Shown in pieces: positions 33,701-43,286 of a DNA stretch of 64,000 nucleotides (position 1 is its first letter; the number at the start of each line of letters is the position of its first letter). Location: assembly GCA_902522325.1 (NCBI GenBank), contig CABYVA010000002.1, positions 25,666 through 89,665 of the forward strand, in the 5' to 3' direction. This DNA is from an uncultured Pelagibacteraceae bacterium (GTDB lineage Bacteria > Pseudomonadota > Alphaproteobacteria > Pelagibacterales > Pelagibacteraceae). The notes beneath the pieces are model-generated. The model was not told where the DNA came from and made no database searches. It worked only from the letters and a program-made list of their open reading frames with translations. The translations under genes and the position numbers were made by a program.

Positions 33701-34170
33701 TTATTATAGATGTTAGATATATCTTCAAATTTACCTTTGTCAAAAAGTTTGCCAAATAGTCCATTAACGGACCCTGACATAACCACTACACCCTCGGGCC
33801 TGTTATAAAGAACATCCAATTCAAGATTTGGTTCTATGTCATCACCATTTTCTAAATATGATTTCGAAGAAAGTTCAACAATAGTTTTATAACCAATGCT
33901 ATTTAAAGCTATTAAAGGTATTAGCCCTACAGTATCACCAAATTTAAAATTTATTTGAGTTCCAATAATGGGTTGAGTACCTACTTTTGATATGTTTTCG
34001 GCAAACTCTAATGCGCCACATAAATTTGATGTATCAGAAAGACCAACAGATTGTATCTTATTTTCCTTGCAAAAATTTTTAAGATCTTCGATTTTTATTG
34101 CACCTTCGCAAATTGAATATTGGGTATGAATTTTTAAATGATTAAAATTTTGAACTTTTGTTTCTTGCAT
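30754..34170 (-). CDS. dnaE: DNA polymerase III alpha subunit (start revised to 34170)
   Basis: PHP domain, GPGRGSGAGS, MPDFDIDF, YGFNKSH, OB fold. Confidence 0.97.
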   Translation of the reverse strand: MQETKVQNFNHLKIHTQYSICEGAIKIEDLKNFCKENKIQSVGLSDTSNLCGALEFAENISKVGTQPIIGTQINFKFGDTVGLIPLIALNSIGYKTIVELSSKSYLENGDDIEPNLELDVLYNRPEGVVVMSGSVNGLFGKLFDKGKFEDISNIYNKISETYKDKFYIEIQRHNDHNEKLFEKFNLQHSLKVKIPIIATNETFYLNKNMYEAHDALLCIGSKNYINEANRIKYSPNHYFKTNEEMQKLFSDLPEALENNYNLPYLCSYRPRTSSPVLPNISSEKGGDADEILLKDSEKGLKNKFIKLFNIDEINLDKNERFIKYKKRLNHELKIITEMKYASYFLIVSDYIKWAKNNDIPVGPGRGSGAGSLVAWCLSITDVDPIKFNLIFERFLNPDRISMPDFDIDFCEEKRDLVFKYLTSKYKNGVAHIITFGKLKARMVIRDVGRVIGLPYGFVDSISKMIPFDPSRPQSLTECINNEPRLQKLIKEDSRVKKLTDLSLKLEGLNRNVATHAAGVVIADKNLTQEVPLYKDPNANLLLPSTQFDMYSAENSGLIKFDFLGLKTLTVINKTQKLINKKDKNFKIENIKFDDQKVFDLLSIGNTVGIFQLESAGMREALMKMKPNHLEDIIALVALYRPGPMNNIPIYNDCKHGKKKPDYLHPYIEEILKPTYGVIIYQEQVMQIAQKLSGFSPGQADILRKAMGKKKRSEIEKLKEKFIDGAVKNGIKKDIAAGIFLKIEPFAEYGFNKSHAAAYGIISYQTAYLKTYFPNEFFAASMTMDISNQNKLSEFYEELKRLKIKIIRPNINKCYEDFRSDQNNFYYALGSIKAVGYESISNIVKERILNGEFKSINDFINRVNPKDINKLQLEGLVKAGAFDEINSNRQSLFNSIPNLILKSKNIFDNKNLNQINLFNEEPKNDDNLVNFSDDWKFEDRLSKEFQAIGFYISDHPINQFKDIFEEYKIVNFNEFSKSNDNIECNIAATILKIQEKKTQKGNSYAIIKFTDLSGVFELFIFSDILELNRNILIEGNSLLLTINKNVADNENRFKRITVKKITSIQNMLNKPITTAEFSLNSKSNIDDIARIISNNGSTEVKIKIKDKENNLVFKLKNKRHVERKLINILKKHNISTNIY

Positions 34171-34840
34171 TGACAGTTTTAATATTACCATCAATCATTT
34201 CTAATTTACAATCAGCCATATTGGCAAAAAATCTATTATGGGTTGCATAAACAATTAATCTTCCTGGTTTTTTTGTTTTGTACAATATATTAAAAACTTC
34301 TTTAGCAGTATTTTGATCAAGACTACCAGTAGGTTCATCAGCTAAAATTATTTCAGGCTTATTGATTAGAGCTCTAGCAATTGCTACTCTTTGAGCTTCT
34401 CCACCAGATAATTCAGAGGGATAATGATTAATTCTTTTTAACAGTCCTAGTTTTTTTAGAATTTTCATTGCTTCGTCGATTGCTTTATTTTTATCATTTT
34501 CAAGAGATAGTCTAGCGAGGTAAACGTTTTCCAAAGCTGTAAAGTCTGAAAGAAGATTCTTTTCCTGATAAATAATACCTATTTTTTTTGCTCTTATCTT
34601 GTCATTTACTTTTAAATCTTGGTTATCAATTTTATTATTTGCAATAGTCACCTCTCCAGATGATGGTTTATCAATCAAAGACAAAATATTTAACAAAGTC
34701 GATTTACCAGAACCAGATGGTCCTACTAGTGAATAAATTTTACCTTTTTTAAAATTATAACTAATTTTATTTAGTACATTAATTTTTTTACTAGTAATAA
34801 AAAATTTAGAAATTTTGTTTAATTTTATTAAATTACTCAT
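34142..34840 (-). CDS. lolD: Lipoprotein-releasing ABC transporter ATPase
   Basis: GPSGSGKST, LSGGEAQR, ADEPTG; follows lolC/E. Confidence 0.92.
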   Translation of the reverse strand: MSNLIKLNKISKFFITSKKINVLNKISYNFKKGKIYSLVGPSGSGKSTLLNILSLIDKPSSGEVTIANNKIDNQDLKVNDKIRAKKIGIIYQEKNLLSDFTALENVYLARLSLENDKNKAIDEAMKILKKLGLLKRINHYPSELSGGEAQRVAIARALINKPEIILADEPTGSLDQNTAKEVFNILYKTKKPGRLIVYATHNRFFANMADCKLEMIDGNIKTVNARNKSSKF

Positions 34841-36065
34841 ATTTTAATGATTTTACTGGATCAAGTTTTGAAGCCTTAATAGCTGGAAATATCGAAACTA
34901 AAATTGTGATAAAAATTGAACTAATTGAAATAATTATAATTGAATTTAGATTTATTTCTGATGGCATTTTACTTAAAAAATAAATTTCCTCAGGAAATAA
35001 AGTAATATCGAAAACGGTACTTAAAAAAGATCTCAAATTTTCTATATATAGTGAAAACATAACACCTAAAAATATTCCAAAAAAAGTTGCGGTTGTTCCA
35101 ATGGTAACTCCAACTAAAAAGAAAATTTTTACAATTGACTTATTTAGCACTCCTATGGATTTTAAAATTGCAATGTCTCGAGTTTTGTTTTTAACAAGTA
35201 TAGTTAATCCGGAGATTATATTAAAAGCAGCAACAATGATAATTAATGATAAAATTATAAACATAACGTTACGTTCAACTTTTAAAGCAGAAAAAAGTGA
35301 GCTATTTAAGTCTGACCAGCTATAAACAAACTCTTCATTAAAAACTGTTTGTATTGTTTTTTTCAATTTTTCAATATCTGTTGGATTTTTTAAGTAAATT
35401 TCAAGACTTCTATCATCTGCATCTAAATTAAAAAAATTCTCAAGAGTATTTATATTTATAAAGGCTATATTCTGATCAAATTCTGCTACCCCACTGTCGT
35501 ATATAGAGTTAACTATAAACGTTTGTTGCTTGGGTAAGTTTCCAACTATAGTTTGAACACCCATTGGAGACATTATCATTATTTTATCACCAATATTCAA
35601 ATTTAAATCAAAACTTAATTCTTTGCCTATTGAAATATTATTATTAATCAGACTATCTTTATCTCCTTTAAAGTTTTTTTGTTTTACTATCTTCAATTTT
35701 TTAAAATCATTTACCTCATAACCCCTTAGTACAAGTCCTTTTGTAAAATCTTTATTAATAAGAACAGACTCTCCGGAATTAGTAAAAATCAAATTATTAG
35801 ATATATTTTTTAAATTGTTATCTTTTAAATTTTTAGTATTAATAGGATTATCATAAGGTTTAACTGTTACATGAGCATTAAAACCTACAATTTTATTAAT
35901 TAACTCAGAACGAAAACCATTCATTACAGACATAACTATAATTAAAACAGCTACACCTAGGCTTATTCCAATAAATGAAAAAATAGAAATTATATTTAAG
36001 AAACCATCTTTTTTTCTGGTTTTTAAATATCTAAGAGTGATTTTTTTTTCTAAATGTGAAATCAA
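34833..36065 (-). CDS. lolC: Lipoprotein-releasing permease LolC/E (TTG start)
   Basis: VMSVMNGF, AAFNII, DIAILKSIG, DPVKSLKYE. Confidence 0.92.
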   Translation of the reverse strand: MISHLEKKITLRYLKTRKKDGFLNIISIFSFIGISLGVAVLIIVMSVMNGFRSELINKIVGFNAHVTVKPYDNPINTKNLKDNNLKNISNNLIFTNSGESVLINKDFTKGLVLRGYEVNDFKKLKIVKQKNFKGDKDSLINNNISIGKELSFDLNLNIGDKIMIMSPMGVQTIVGNLPKQQTFIVNSIYDSGVAEFDQNIAFININTLENFFNLDADDRSLEIYLKNPTDIEKLKKTIQTVFNEEFVYSWSDLNSSLFSALKVERNVMFIILSLIIIVAAFNIISGLTILVKNKTRDIAILKSIGVLNKSIVKIFFLVGVTIGTTATFFGIFLGVMFSLYIENLRSFLSTVFDITLFPEEIYFLSKMPSEINLNSIIIISISSIFITILVSIFPAIKASKLDPVKSLKYE

Positions 36066-36066
36066 T

Positions 36067-37398
36067 TTATTTTTTATTGTCGCTTATTATTTTTTGTATT
36101 TTATAAATATCGCTTATTTTAATAATTTCGGATTTGCCACCAACTTCTCTGAATTCTACTGAATCTTCGGGTGTCTTGCTTCCAAGAATAATTTGGTAGG
36201 GAACACCTATAAGATTAAATTTTTTAATTTTTGCTGAGATATTATCCTCAGTATCATCAACTATTAGATCTAGAGTATTTAATTTATCTATTATTTGAAG
36301 TGCTTTTTGTGAAACAGAGTGACCATCCATTTTATTAGCTGAATCTAAGATGGCACATTCGTAAGGAGCGACTGATATCGGCCACTTCATTACCTCTTTT
36401 GTATCATCATACTTGGCTTCAATTATAGCACCAACTAATCTTGAAACACCGACTCCATATGAGCCCATTTTAGCAAACAATTTTTTTCCTTGATGATCTA
36501 CAGAAGCTTTCATGGGTTTAGAGTATTTATCTCCAAAATAAAAAATATGACCAACTTCAATTCCTTTAGTGATAAGTCTATATTGTTCTGGCACATTTTT
36601 TTCAAATTCAACTTTGTTAAACTTCTCATCTGTAACGGCATAATATTTTTCAAAATTATCTCTTAATTTTGTTAATGATTTTTTTTCAAGAATTGAGTCT
36701 TTAAAATTGACATCAAAGATTCTTTTATCTGCATAAATTTTACTTTCTCCTGTATCAGCTAAAATAACAAACTCATGAGATAAATTTCCACCAATTGGTC
36801 CTGTGTCAGCTGCCATAGGTATTGCAGACAAATCCAATCTTTTAAAAGTATTTAAATATGATAAAAAAAATTTATTATAAGAAAATTTAGCATCATCGTC
36901 ATTTAAGTCAAATGAGTAGGCATCTTTCATATAAAATTCTCTACATCTCATAATTCCAAATCTTGGTCTTAATTCGTCTCTAAATTTCCATTGAATATGA
37001 TATAGTAATTGGGGCATAGATTTATAAGACTTAACACTAGATCTAAATATTTCTGTTATTAGCTCTTCGTTTGTTGGTCCATAAAGCATTTCTCTATTTT
37101 GTCGGTCTTTTATTCTCAACATTTCTTCACCATAATCATCATAACGACCACTTTCTTTCCAAATTTCACTCGATTGAATAGTTGGCATTAATAGTTCTTG
37201 GGCACCAATTTTATTCTGTTCTTCTCTGACAATATTTTCTATTTTTTTCATAATTTTAAAACCTAAAGGTAACCATGAATAAATTCCAGCGGATGATTGT
37301 CTGATCATTCCCGCTCTCAACATTAATTGATGTGACTTAATTTTAGCTTCAGCTGGATTATTTTTTAGTATTGGAATAAATAATTTTGATAAAAACAT
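36067..37398 (-). CDS. proS: Proline--tRNA ligase, short type without editing insertion
   Basis: GPTNEE, FRDELRPRFG, IEVGHIF, MGSYGVGVSR. Confidence 0.97.
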   Translation of the reverse strand: MFLSKLFIPILKNNPAEAKIKSHQLMLRAGMIRQSSAGIYSWLPLGFKIMKKIENIVREEQNKIGAQELLMPTIQSSEIWKESGRYDDYGEEMLRIKDRQNREMLYGPTNEELITEIFRSSVKSYKSMPQLLYHIQWKFRDELRPRFGIMRCREFYMKDAYSFDLNDDDAKFSYNKFFLSYLNTFKRLDLSAIPMAADTGPIGGNLSHEFVILADTGESKIYADKRIFDVNFKDSILEKKSLTKLRDNFEKYYAVTDEKFNKVEFEKNVPEQYRLITKGIEVGHIFYFGDKYSKPMKASVDHQGKKLFAKMGSYGVGVSRLVGAIIEAKYDDTKEVMKWPISVAPYECAILDSANKMDGHSVSQKALQIIDKLNTLDLIVDDTEDNISAKIKKFNLIGVPYQIILGSKTPEDSVEFREVGGKSEIIKISDIYKIQKIISDNKK

Positions 37399-37436
37399 AT
37401 CAGCAATTATATTCTCTTGAATGAAAATTCATACTT

Positions 37437-39095
37437 TTAAATTTGGACTATATTGATATTTGTAAAAGGTTTTTTACCAGTTTTTTCTTTAGAATATTTT
37501 CTACAGCTTATTTTTAAAGCGTCTATTAAATTTTGTTCTTGTTTTTTACTTTTTAATGAAAAAGTTTTAGTTACATTTACAATTGACTCTTCTAGACCAT
37601 AAATAAATTCTTCTTCTTCCATAACTGGCAAACCTTTAAATGATATAATTGGTTTTTTGTGCACATTTCCTTTGTTATTAACTAAAATAGATACTTCCAT
37701 GTATCCGTTGCTACTTAAATTTTTTCTTTCTTTTATTGATTTTGAATCTTCTTCAACGCTTACATTTCCATCAAGATATAATCTTCCGCTCGGTGCTTTA
37801 TCATATACCTCTGGCTTTTTTCCTGGGTAAAGTTTTACTATATCTCCATTTTCGACCTGGACTGGATACGGAACCTGCATTTCTTTAGCAAAATTTATAT
37901 GCTCTATCATGTGTCTGTGTTCACCATGAACTGGTATCACTGCTTTAGGCTTGACCCAATTATACATATCCTTAAGATCTTCTCGATTTGGATGACCAGA
38001 AACATGTACGAATTCACTTTCTTCCGAAATAACCTCAATGCCGTCACGAACTAATTGATTGTGCAGTTTATATAGTTTTTTCTCGTTTCCAGGTATTATT
38101 TTTGATGAAAATATTACAGTATCTCCTTTTTCAATTATAACATCAGGATGAACTTGACTCGATATTCTCATCATAGCTCCCATTGGTTCTCCTTGACTTC
38201 CTGTGCAAAGATAAACTATTTTTTCTCTTGATATTTTTTTTGCATCTCTTGGATCTATAGGTTCAATTATATCTTTTAAATAACCACATTGTTTTGCAGC
38301 TTTATAAATTCTATGCATTGATCTACCAACTAAAGCAATTTGTCTCCCTGTTTTTTCAGCACAATAAAATATAGATTCCATACGTGCTACATTAGATGCA
38401 AAAGAAGTAACTATAATTCTTTTTTTTAAAGAACTCATAATATTTAACAAACTTTTTCTTACATCAAGTTCTGAACCTGCTCTACCTAAACTAAAAACAT
38501 TAGTGGAGTCACAAATCATGGCTAGAACTCCCTTTTTACCAATTTCCTGTAATCTTTTAGAATCAATTTTATCACCAATTAATGGATTAGGATCACATTT
38601 CCAATCGCCCGTATGAAGTATACTCCCAGCTGGAGTTTCTATTCTTAATCCGTTAGGTTCTAAAATTGAATGTGTTAAAGTTATAAATTCAATTTTAAAT
38701 GGTTTTAAGTCTACAGTACCGTTTAGATCAACTATTTGTAAATTATTGCCAATATCAATTCGTTTTTCCTTAAATTTTTCTTTTATTAAAACTGCTGTAA
38801 AAGGTGTTGAAAAAATTTTACATTTTATTTGAGGCCAAATGTGAGCTATAGCACCTATATGATCTTCATGAGCGTGTGTTAAAACAATGCCTAACAAGTC
38901 CTTCTTTTTATCAATAATAAAACCTGGGTCTGGATATATTAAATCAATTCCTGGCAAAGTATCGTCAGCAAAAGTTACTCCTATATCAACCATAATCCAT
39001 TTTTGACTATCAGGTTTTCCATATGCAAACAAATTCATATTCATTCCAATTTCACCTGAACCTCCTAATGGACAAAATAATAATTCTTCTTGCAT
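37437..39095 (-). CDS. rnj: Ribonuclease J
   Basis: GGSGEIGMN, THAHEDHIG, HVSGH, PVHGE. Confidence 0.96.
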   Translation of the reverse strand: MQEELLFCPLGGSGEIGMNMNLFAYGKPDSQKWIMVDIGVTFADDTLPGIDLIYPDPGFIIDKKKDLLGIVLTHAHEDHIGAIAHIWPQIKCKIFSTPFTAVLIKEKFKEKRIDIGNNLQIVDLNGTVDLKPFKIEFITLTHSILEPNGLRIETPAGSILHTGDWKCDPNPLIGDKIDSKRLQEIGKKGVLAMICDSTNVFSLGRAGSELDVRKSLLNIMSSLKKRIIVTSFASNVARMESIFYCAEKTGRQIALVGRSMHRIYKAAKQCGYLKDIIEPIDPRDAKKISREKIVYLCTGSQGEPMGAMMRISSQVHPDVIIEKGDTVIFSSKIIPGNEKKLYKLHNQLVRDGIEVISEESEFVHVSGHPNREDLKDMYNWVKPKAVIPVHGEHRHMIEHINFAKEMQVPYPVQVENGDIVKLYPGKKPEVYDKAPSGRLYLDGNVSVEEDSKSIKERKNLSSNGYMEVSILVNNKGNVHKKPIISFKGLPVMEEEEFIYGLEESIVNVTKTFSLKSKKQEQNLIDALKISCRKYSKEKTGKKPFTNINIVQI

Positions 39096-39098
39096 ATA

Positions 39099-39848
39099 TT
39101 AAAAATTAGTTAATTTTAATGCTCTGATTAAACCTTTTATAGTTATATCTTTATCAATAGATATCTTTGAGTTTAATTTATTTATAAACAAACTCGAAAA
39201 ACCTCCAGTAGCAATTATTTTAAAAGATTTTCCTGTTTCATTTTTAATTAATTTTATAATATTATTAATTAAACCAATATAACCCAAAAAAAAACCAGAT
39301 CTAACAGCTGCAACAGTATTAGTTCCAACAACTTTATTAACTTTTATTAGGTTAATTCTTGGTATCAATGTAGCTTTTTTTGACAATGTTTCTAAAGAAA
39401 TGTTTATACCCGGCGCTATTACTCCACCATTATATTCTTTGCCAATAACAACATCAAATGTTGTAGCTGTACCAAAGTCTAAAATAATAAAATTATTTTT
39501 TTTTGAAATTACAGCAATTGAATTTGCTAATCTATCAGATCCAATTTGTTTTCTATTAACATTTATTTTCATTATTTTTTTTAGATTTAAATTTTTCAAT
39601 TCCGCACATCTAATCTTAAATTTTTTTTGGAGAATTGATTTAATCAATAAAAATTTATTTGGAACCACGCTAGAAAATAAGGATTTTTTAATTAGAAATT
39701 TTTTTCTACCAATTAGTGAGAAATATCTATTTAAATTTGATTTAGTAATTTTTTTTGTTGGCAAAATTATTCTTTTTAAAATCTTGTAATTAGAATTTAT
39801 AATGCAGATTTTTGTTTCAGTATTACCTATATCTCCAATCAATATCAT
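39099..39848 (-). CDS. coaX: Type III pantothenate kinase
   Basis: DIGNT, GSDR, DFGTATT, GGVIAPG. Confidence 0.95.
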   Translation of the reverse strand: MILIGDIGNTETKICIINSNYKILKRIILPTKKITKSNLNRYFSLIGRKKFLIKKSLFSSVVPNKFLLIKSILQKKFKIRCAELKNLNLKKIMKINVNRKQIGSDRLANSIAVISKKNNFIILDFGTATTFDVVIGKEYNGGVIAPGINISLETLSKKATLIPRINLIKVNKVVGTNTVAAVRSGFFLGYIGLINNIIKLIKNETGKSFKIIATGGFSSLFINKLNSKISIDKDITIKGLIRALKLTNF

Positions 39849-40381
39849 TAATGTGCCTTTTGAGATTTTAAAAAAATCTTATAGATATATTTAAGATCTT
39901 TTATTACTTTGCTTATACATATCTTTTTTTTAGTTAAATCATATAGGTTTGTTGTTGGATATGAAGATATTTTTGGGTTCCTTATCAAATTTAGCCCTAT
40001 GCCTACAATTAAATATTTTATGTTATTTTTTTCTATTGATTCTTGCAAAATTCCACATATTTTTTTTTTATTTATCAAAATATCATTAGGCATTTTAATA
40101 TTTATTCTTTTTTTGTAGTATTTAGATATTAAATTTATGATTAATTTAACATTAGTGTTTGTTAATTGCTCTAAGGATAAATTAATTTTTTCCAAACTAA
40201 AAAAAATTGATACAAAAAGATTCCCTTTGTATGAAATCCATCTTTTACCTCTTTGACCTCTTCCTTTTTTTTGTCTTTCAGCTATTACTAGACCTGCTTT
40301 TAAATTTTTTTGTTTAATTATATTAATAGCAGTATCATTGGTGCTATTGACTTTTTTGTAATGAAAATTTTTAATTACCAT
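39848..40381 (-). CDS. birA: Biotin--protein ligase, catalytic domain only
   Basis: STN, GRGQRGKRW, KMPND, KICGIL, GIGLN. Confidence 0.92.
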   Translation of the reverse strand: MVIKNFHYKKVNSTNDTAINIIKQKNLKAGLVIAERQKKGRGQRGKRWISYKGNLFVSIFFSLEKINLSLEQLTNTNVKLIINLISKYYKKRINIKMPNDILINKKKICGILQESIEKNNIKYLIVGIGLNLIRNPKISSYPTTNLYDLTKKKICISKVIKDLKYIYKIFLKSQKAH

Positions 40382-41796
40382 TAAATTATACTTATTTTAG
40401 ATACTAAATTAATCAAACTGTCTGGGTAAATAAAGTATAACAGTATTAATAAAGTGGATAATGCCAAAGAAATTTTTAATCCTAAATCATTTTCTTTATC
40501 GTATTGTTCTTTTGGTCTGTCAAAATAAATTATTTTTATTATTTTTAAATAGTAAAATGCTGAAATCACTGTAGATAATAGACCAATAATTGCTAAAAAA
40601 TACATTGATTCTTCTATTACTGATATAAAAATATAAAATTTTGCAAAAAAACCTGCTGTTGGAGGAATTCCTGCAAGCGAAAATAATATTATTAATAGGC
40701 ATAACGAAATTACAGGGTGATTTTTTGACAAACCGGCTAAATCTTCAAGATTATAAAAAAAAATATTTTCTCTTTTTAACATGAACAGACAACAAAAAAA
40801 CCCTATGTTCATTACAAGATAAATGCATAAATAAATAATCGAACTCTGTATTCCTGAATTGGTGCCAACGGATAGAGCTGCAAGAGCATATCCCATATGG
40901 CCAATAGAACTAAAAGCAATAAGTCTTTTTAAATTTTTTTGTCCTATAGCCGATATTGCTCCAAATATCATTGATGCTAAAGATAAAAATATTATAATTG
41001 ATTGCCATTGTTCAATTAAACTGAAAAAAGGAACATACAAGAATCTAATGAACACGGTTAGAGCTGCAACTTTAGGGACTACTGCAAAAAATAAAGTTAC
41101 GGAAGTCGGTGAACCTTCATATACATCTGGAGCCCACATATGAAAAGGAACTACTGAAATTTTAAATGACAATCCCACTAAAATGAAAACAATGCCAAAT
41201 ATATTGCCGTAATCAGATGAAAAAATATTTTCTGAAATTAAAGCGAAATTTGTTGAACCAGTGAAACCATAAATTAATGAACAACCATATAAAAGTAATC
41301 CTGAAGAAAGTGCACTAAGTACAAAATATTTTAAACCAGCCTCTGATGAATTTCTTTGATTTTTGTCAAATGCCGCTAGCACATATAAAGATAATGTTTG
41401 TAATTCTAAACCCACATAAAAAACAATAAGATCATAAGAACTGATCATTACAAGCATTCCCAATATAGAAGCTAAAATTAAAACTGGATATTCAATGTCT
41501 ATAATTTTTGCTAACTTAATATATTTATAAGAACTAATTAAAACAAAAATTCCCGATATTAATGTAACTATTTTCATAAAAGTTGATAATTGATCAATTT
41601 TATAACTATCACTAAATAAAAAAAATTCTTTATCTGAAGGAAATTTAATTAAAATACCTAGTGCAATTAATAAAATAACAACTGACAATGTAAAAACTAA
41701 ATCTGAACTTTTTTTTTTAAAAACGCCTATTATTAATAAAAATAATATACTTAATGAAATAAAAATTTCTGGGTAAATAAAATTTAAATTGTTCAT
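40381..41796 (-). CDS. nuoN: NADH-quinone oxidoreductase subunit N
   Basis: EAGLKYF, PFHMWAPDVYEG. Confidence 0.96.
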   Translation of the reverse strand: MNNLNFIYPEIFISLSILFLLIIGVFKKKSSDLVFTLSVVILLIALGILIKFPSDKEFFLFSDSYKIDQLSTFMKIVTLISGIFVLISSYKYIKLAKIIDIEYPVLILASILGMLVMISSYDLIVFYVGLELQTLSLYVLAAFDKNQRNSSEAGLKYFVLSALSSGLLLYGCSLIYGFTGSTNFALISENIFSSDYGNIFGIVFILVGLSFKISVVPFHMWAPDVYEGSPTSVTLFFAVVPKVAALTVFIRFLYVPFFSLIEQWQSIIIFLSLASMIFGAISAIGQKNLKRLIAFSSIGHMGYALAALSVGTNSGIQSSIIYLCIYLVMNIGFFCCLFMLKRENIFFYNLEDLAGLSKNHPVISLCLLIILFSLAGIPPTAGFFAKFYIFISVIEESMYFLAIIGLLSTVISAFYYLKIIKIIYFDRPKEQYDKENDLGLKISLALSTLLILLYFIYPDSLINLVSKISII

Positions 41797-41798
41797 AA

Positions 41799-43286
41799 TT
41801 ATTTTGTTACATTTATTGAATATTTATATGTATCAATTAAATTAGTAATAGATGTTTCAATTGTATTTAACAATGGTTCTGGATATATTCCAAAAAATAA
41901 TACTGGCAAAGCAAGACTTGTTAAAATAAAAATTTCAGATTTATTAAGGTCTGGCATCTTTAATAAATCCTTATTAATTAACTTTCCAAAAACTACTCTT
42001 TTATAAAGCCAAAGCATATATGCGGCGGCTAAGACAACTCCCAAACTAGCAATTGTTGCAACTAGAAAACTTTCCTTAAAAGTTCCCATTAAAATTAAAA
42101 ATTCTCCAATAAAACCGCTAGTGCCAGGCAAGCCTATCGCTGCCAAAGTAAATATCATTAATAGCACAGCGTATTTAGGCATTATAGATACAATTCCCCC
42201 ATAATCCTTAATTAATCTAGAATGTCTTCTCTCGTACAAAATACCAACGCAAAAAAATAGTGCAGCAGAAACTAAACCGTGACTTATCATTTGAATAATA
42301 CTTCCTTCTAGTCCTTGTTGATTTATTGTAAATATGCCAAGTGTTACATAGCCCATATGTGCTACAGAGGAATATGCAATTAATTTTTTCATATCATCTT
42401 GCATAAGAGCTACAAATGAAGTGTATACAATTGCAATTAAACTTAATGTGTAAATTAGTAGGGTAAAATTTTCTGATGCAATAGGAAATAAACCTATTGA
42501 AAATCTTATAAAACCGTAACCTGCCATTTTAAGTAGGATTGCTGCTAGTAAAACAGACCCAGCTGTTGGTGCTTCCACATGAGCGTCTGGTAACCAAGTA
42601 TGAACAGGCCACATAGGTGTTTTAACAGCAAAAGAACTAAAAAAAGCCAACCATAATAAATTTTGATATTTTGGCTCGATTCCTAATTTATATAATTCAG
42701 CCACATCAGTAGTTCCACTAATCCAATAAATCGAAATGATTGCTACTAACATTAATACTGAGCCTAATAATGTGAATAAGAAAAATTTAAACGCTGAATA
42801 AACTCTTCTTGAACCACCCCAGATCCCTATTATTAAAAACATAGGAATCAAACCCCCTTCAAAAAATAAATAGAAAATAACTAGATCTAATGAACAGAAA
42901 ACACCAATCATTAAACTTTCCATCACAAGTATAGCTATTAAAAAATCTTTTAATCTGACTTTTATGGTTCTATTAACTGAAACAATGCAAAGAGGAGCTA
43001 TAAAAGTTGATAAAATAATAAACAAAATTGATATTCCGTCTATACCAATTTTATAATTAACAAAACCTTGTAACCATAATCTATTTTCAACAAATTGAAA
43101 CTCAGTAGAATTAGGATCAAAAATATACCAAAGATAAATGGATATAAAAAAATTAACAAATGAAACAAACAAGGCTACATATTTTGAACTTTTGAATTTA
43201 TATGTATCGCTTGATTTAGATATTAAAATGAAAAGGGCTCCCACTATAGGTAATAAAATTAATGAAGATAAAATAGGAAAATCCAT
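41799..43286 (-). CDS. nuoM: NADH-quinone oxidoreductase subunit M
   Basis: HTWLPDAHVEAPT, LPGTSGFIGE. Confidence 0.96.
   Translation of the reverse strand: MDFPILSSLILLPIVGALFILISKSSDTYKFKSSKYVALFVSFVNFFISIYLWYIFDPNSTEFQFVENRLWLQGFVNYKIGIDGISILFIILSTFIAPLCIVSVNRTIKVRLKDFLIAILVMESLMIGVFCSLDLVIFYLFFEGGLIPMFLIIGIWGGSRRVYSAFKFFLFTLLGSVLMLVAIISIYWISGTTDVAELYKLGIEPKYQNLLWLAFFSSFAVKTPMWPVHTWLPDAHVEAPTAGSVLLAAILLKMAGYGFIRFSIGLFPIASENFTLLIYTLSLIAIVYTSFVALMQDDMKKLIAYSSVAHMGYVTLGIFTINQQGLEGSIIQMISHGLVSAALFFCVGILYERRHSRLIKDYGGIVSIMPKYAVLLMIFTLAAIGLPGTSGFIGEFLILMGTFKESFLVATIASLGVVLAAAYMLWLYKRVVFGKLINKDLLKMPDLNKSEIFILTSLALPVLFFGIYPEPLLNTIETSITNLIDTYKYSINVTK

Noticed and set aside
30754-34170. Intein or intron in dnaE
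   Set aside because: Normal length and continuous motifs; no splicing signatures seen
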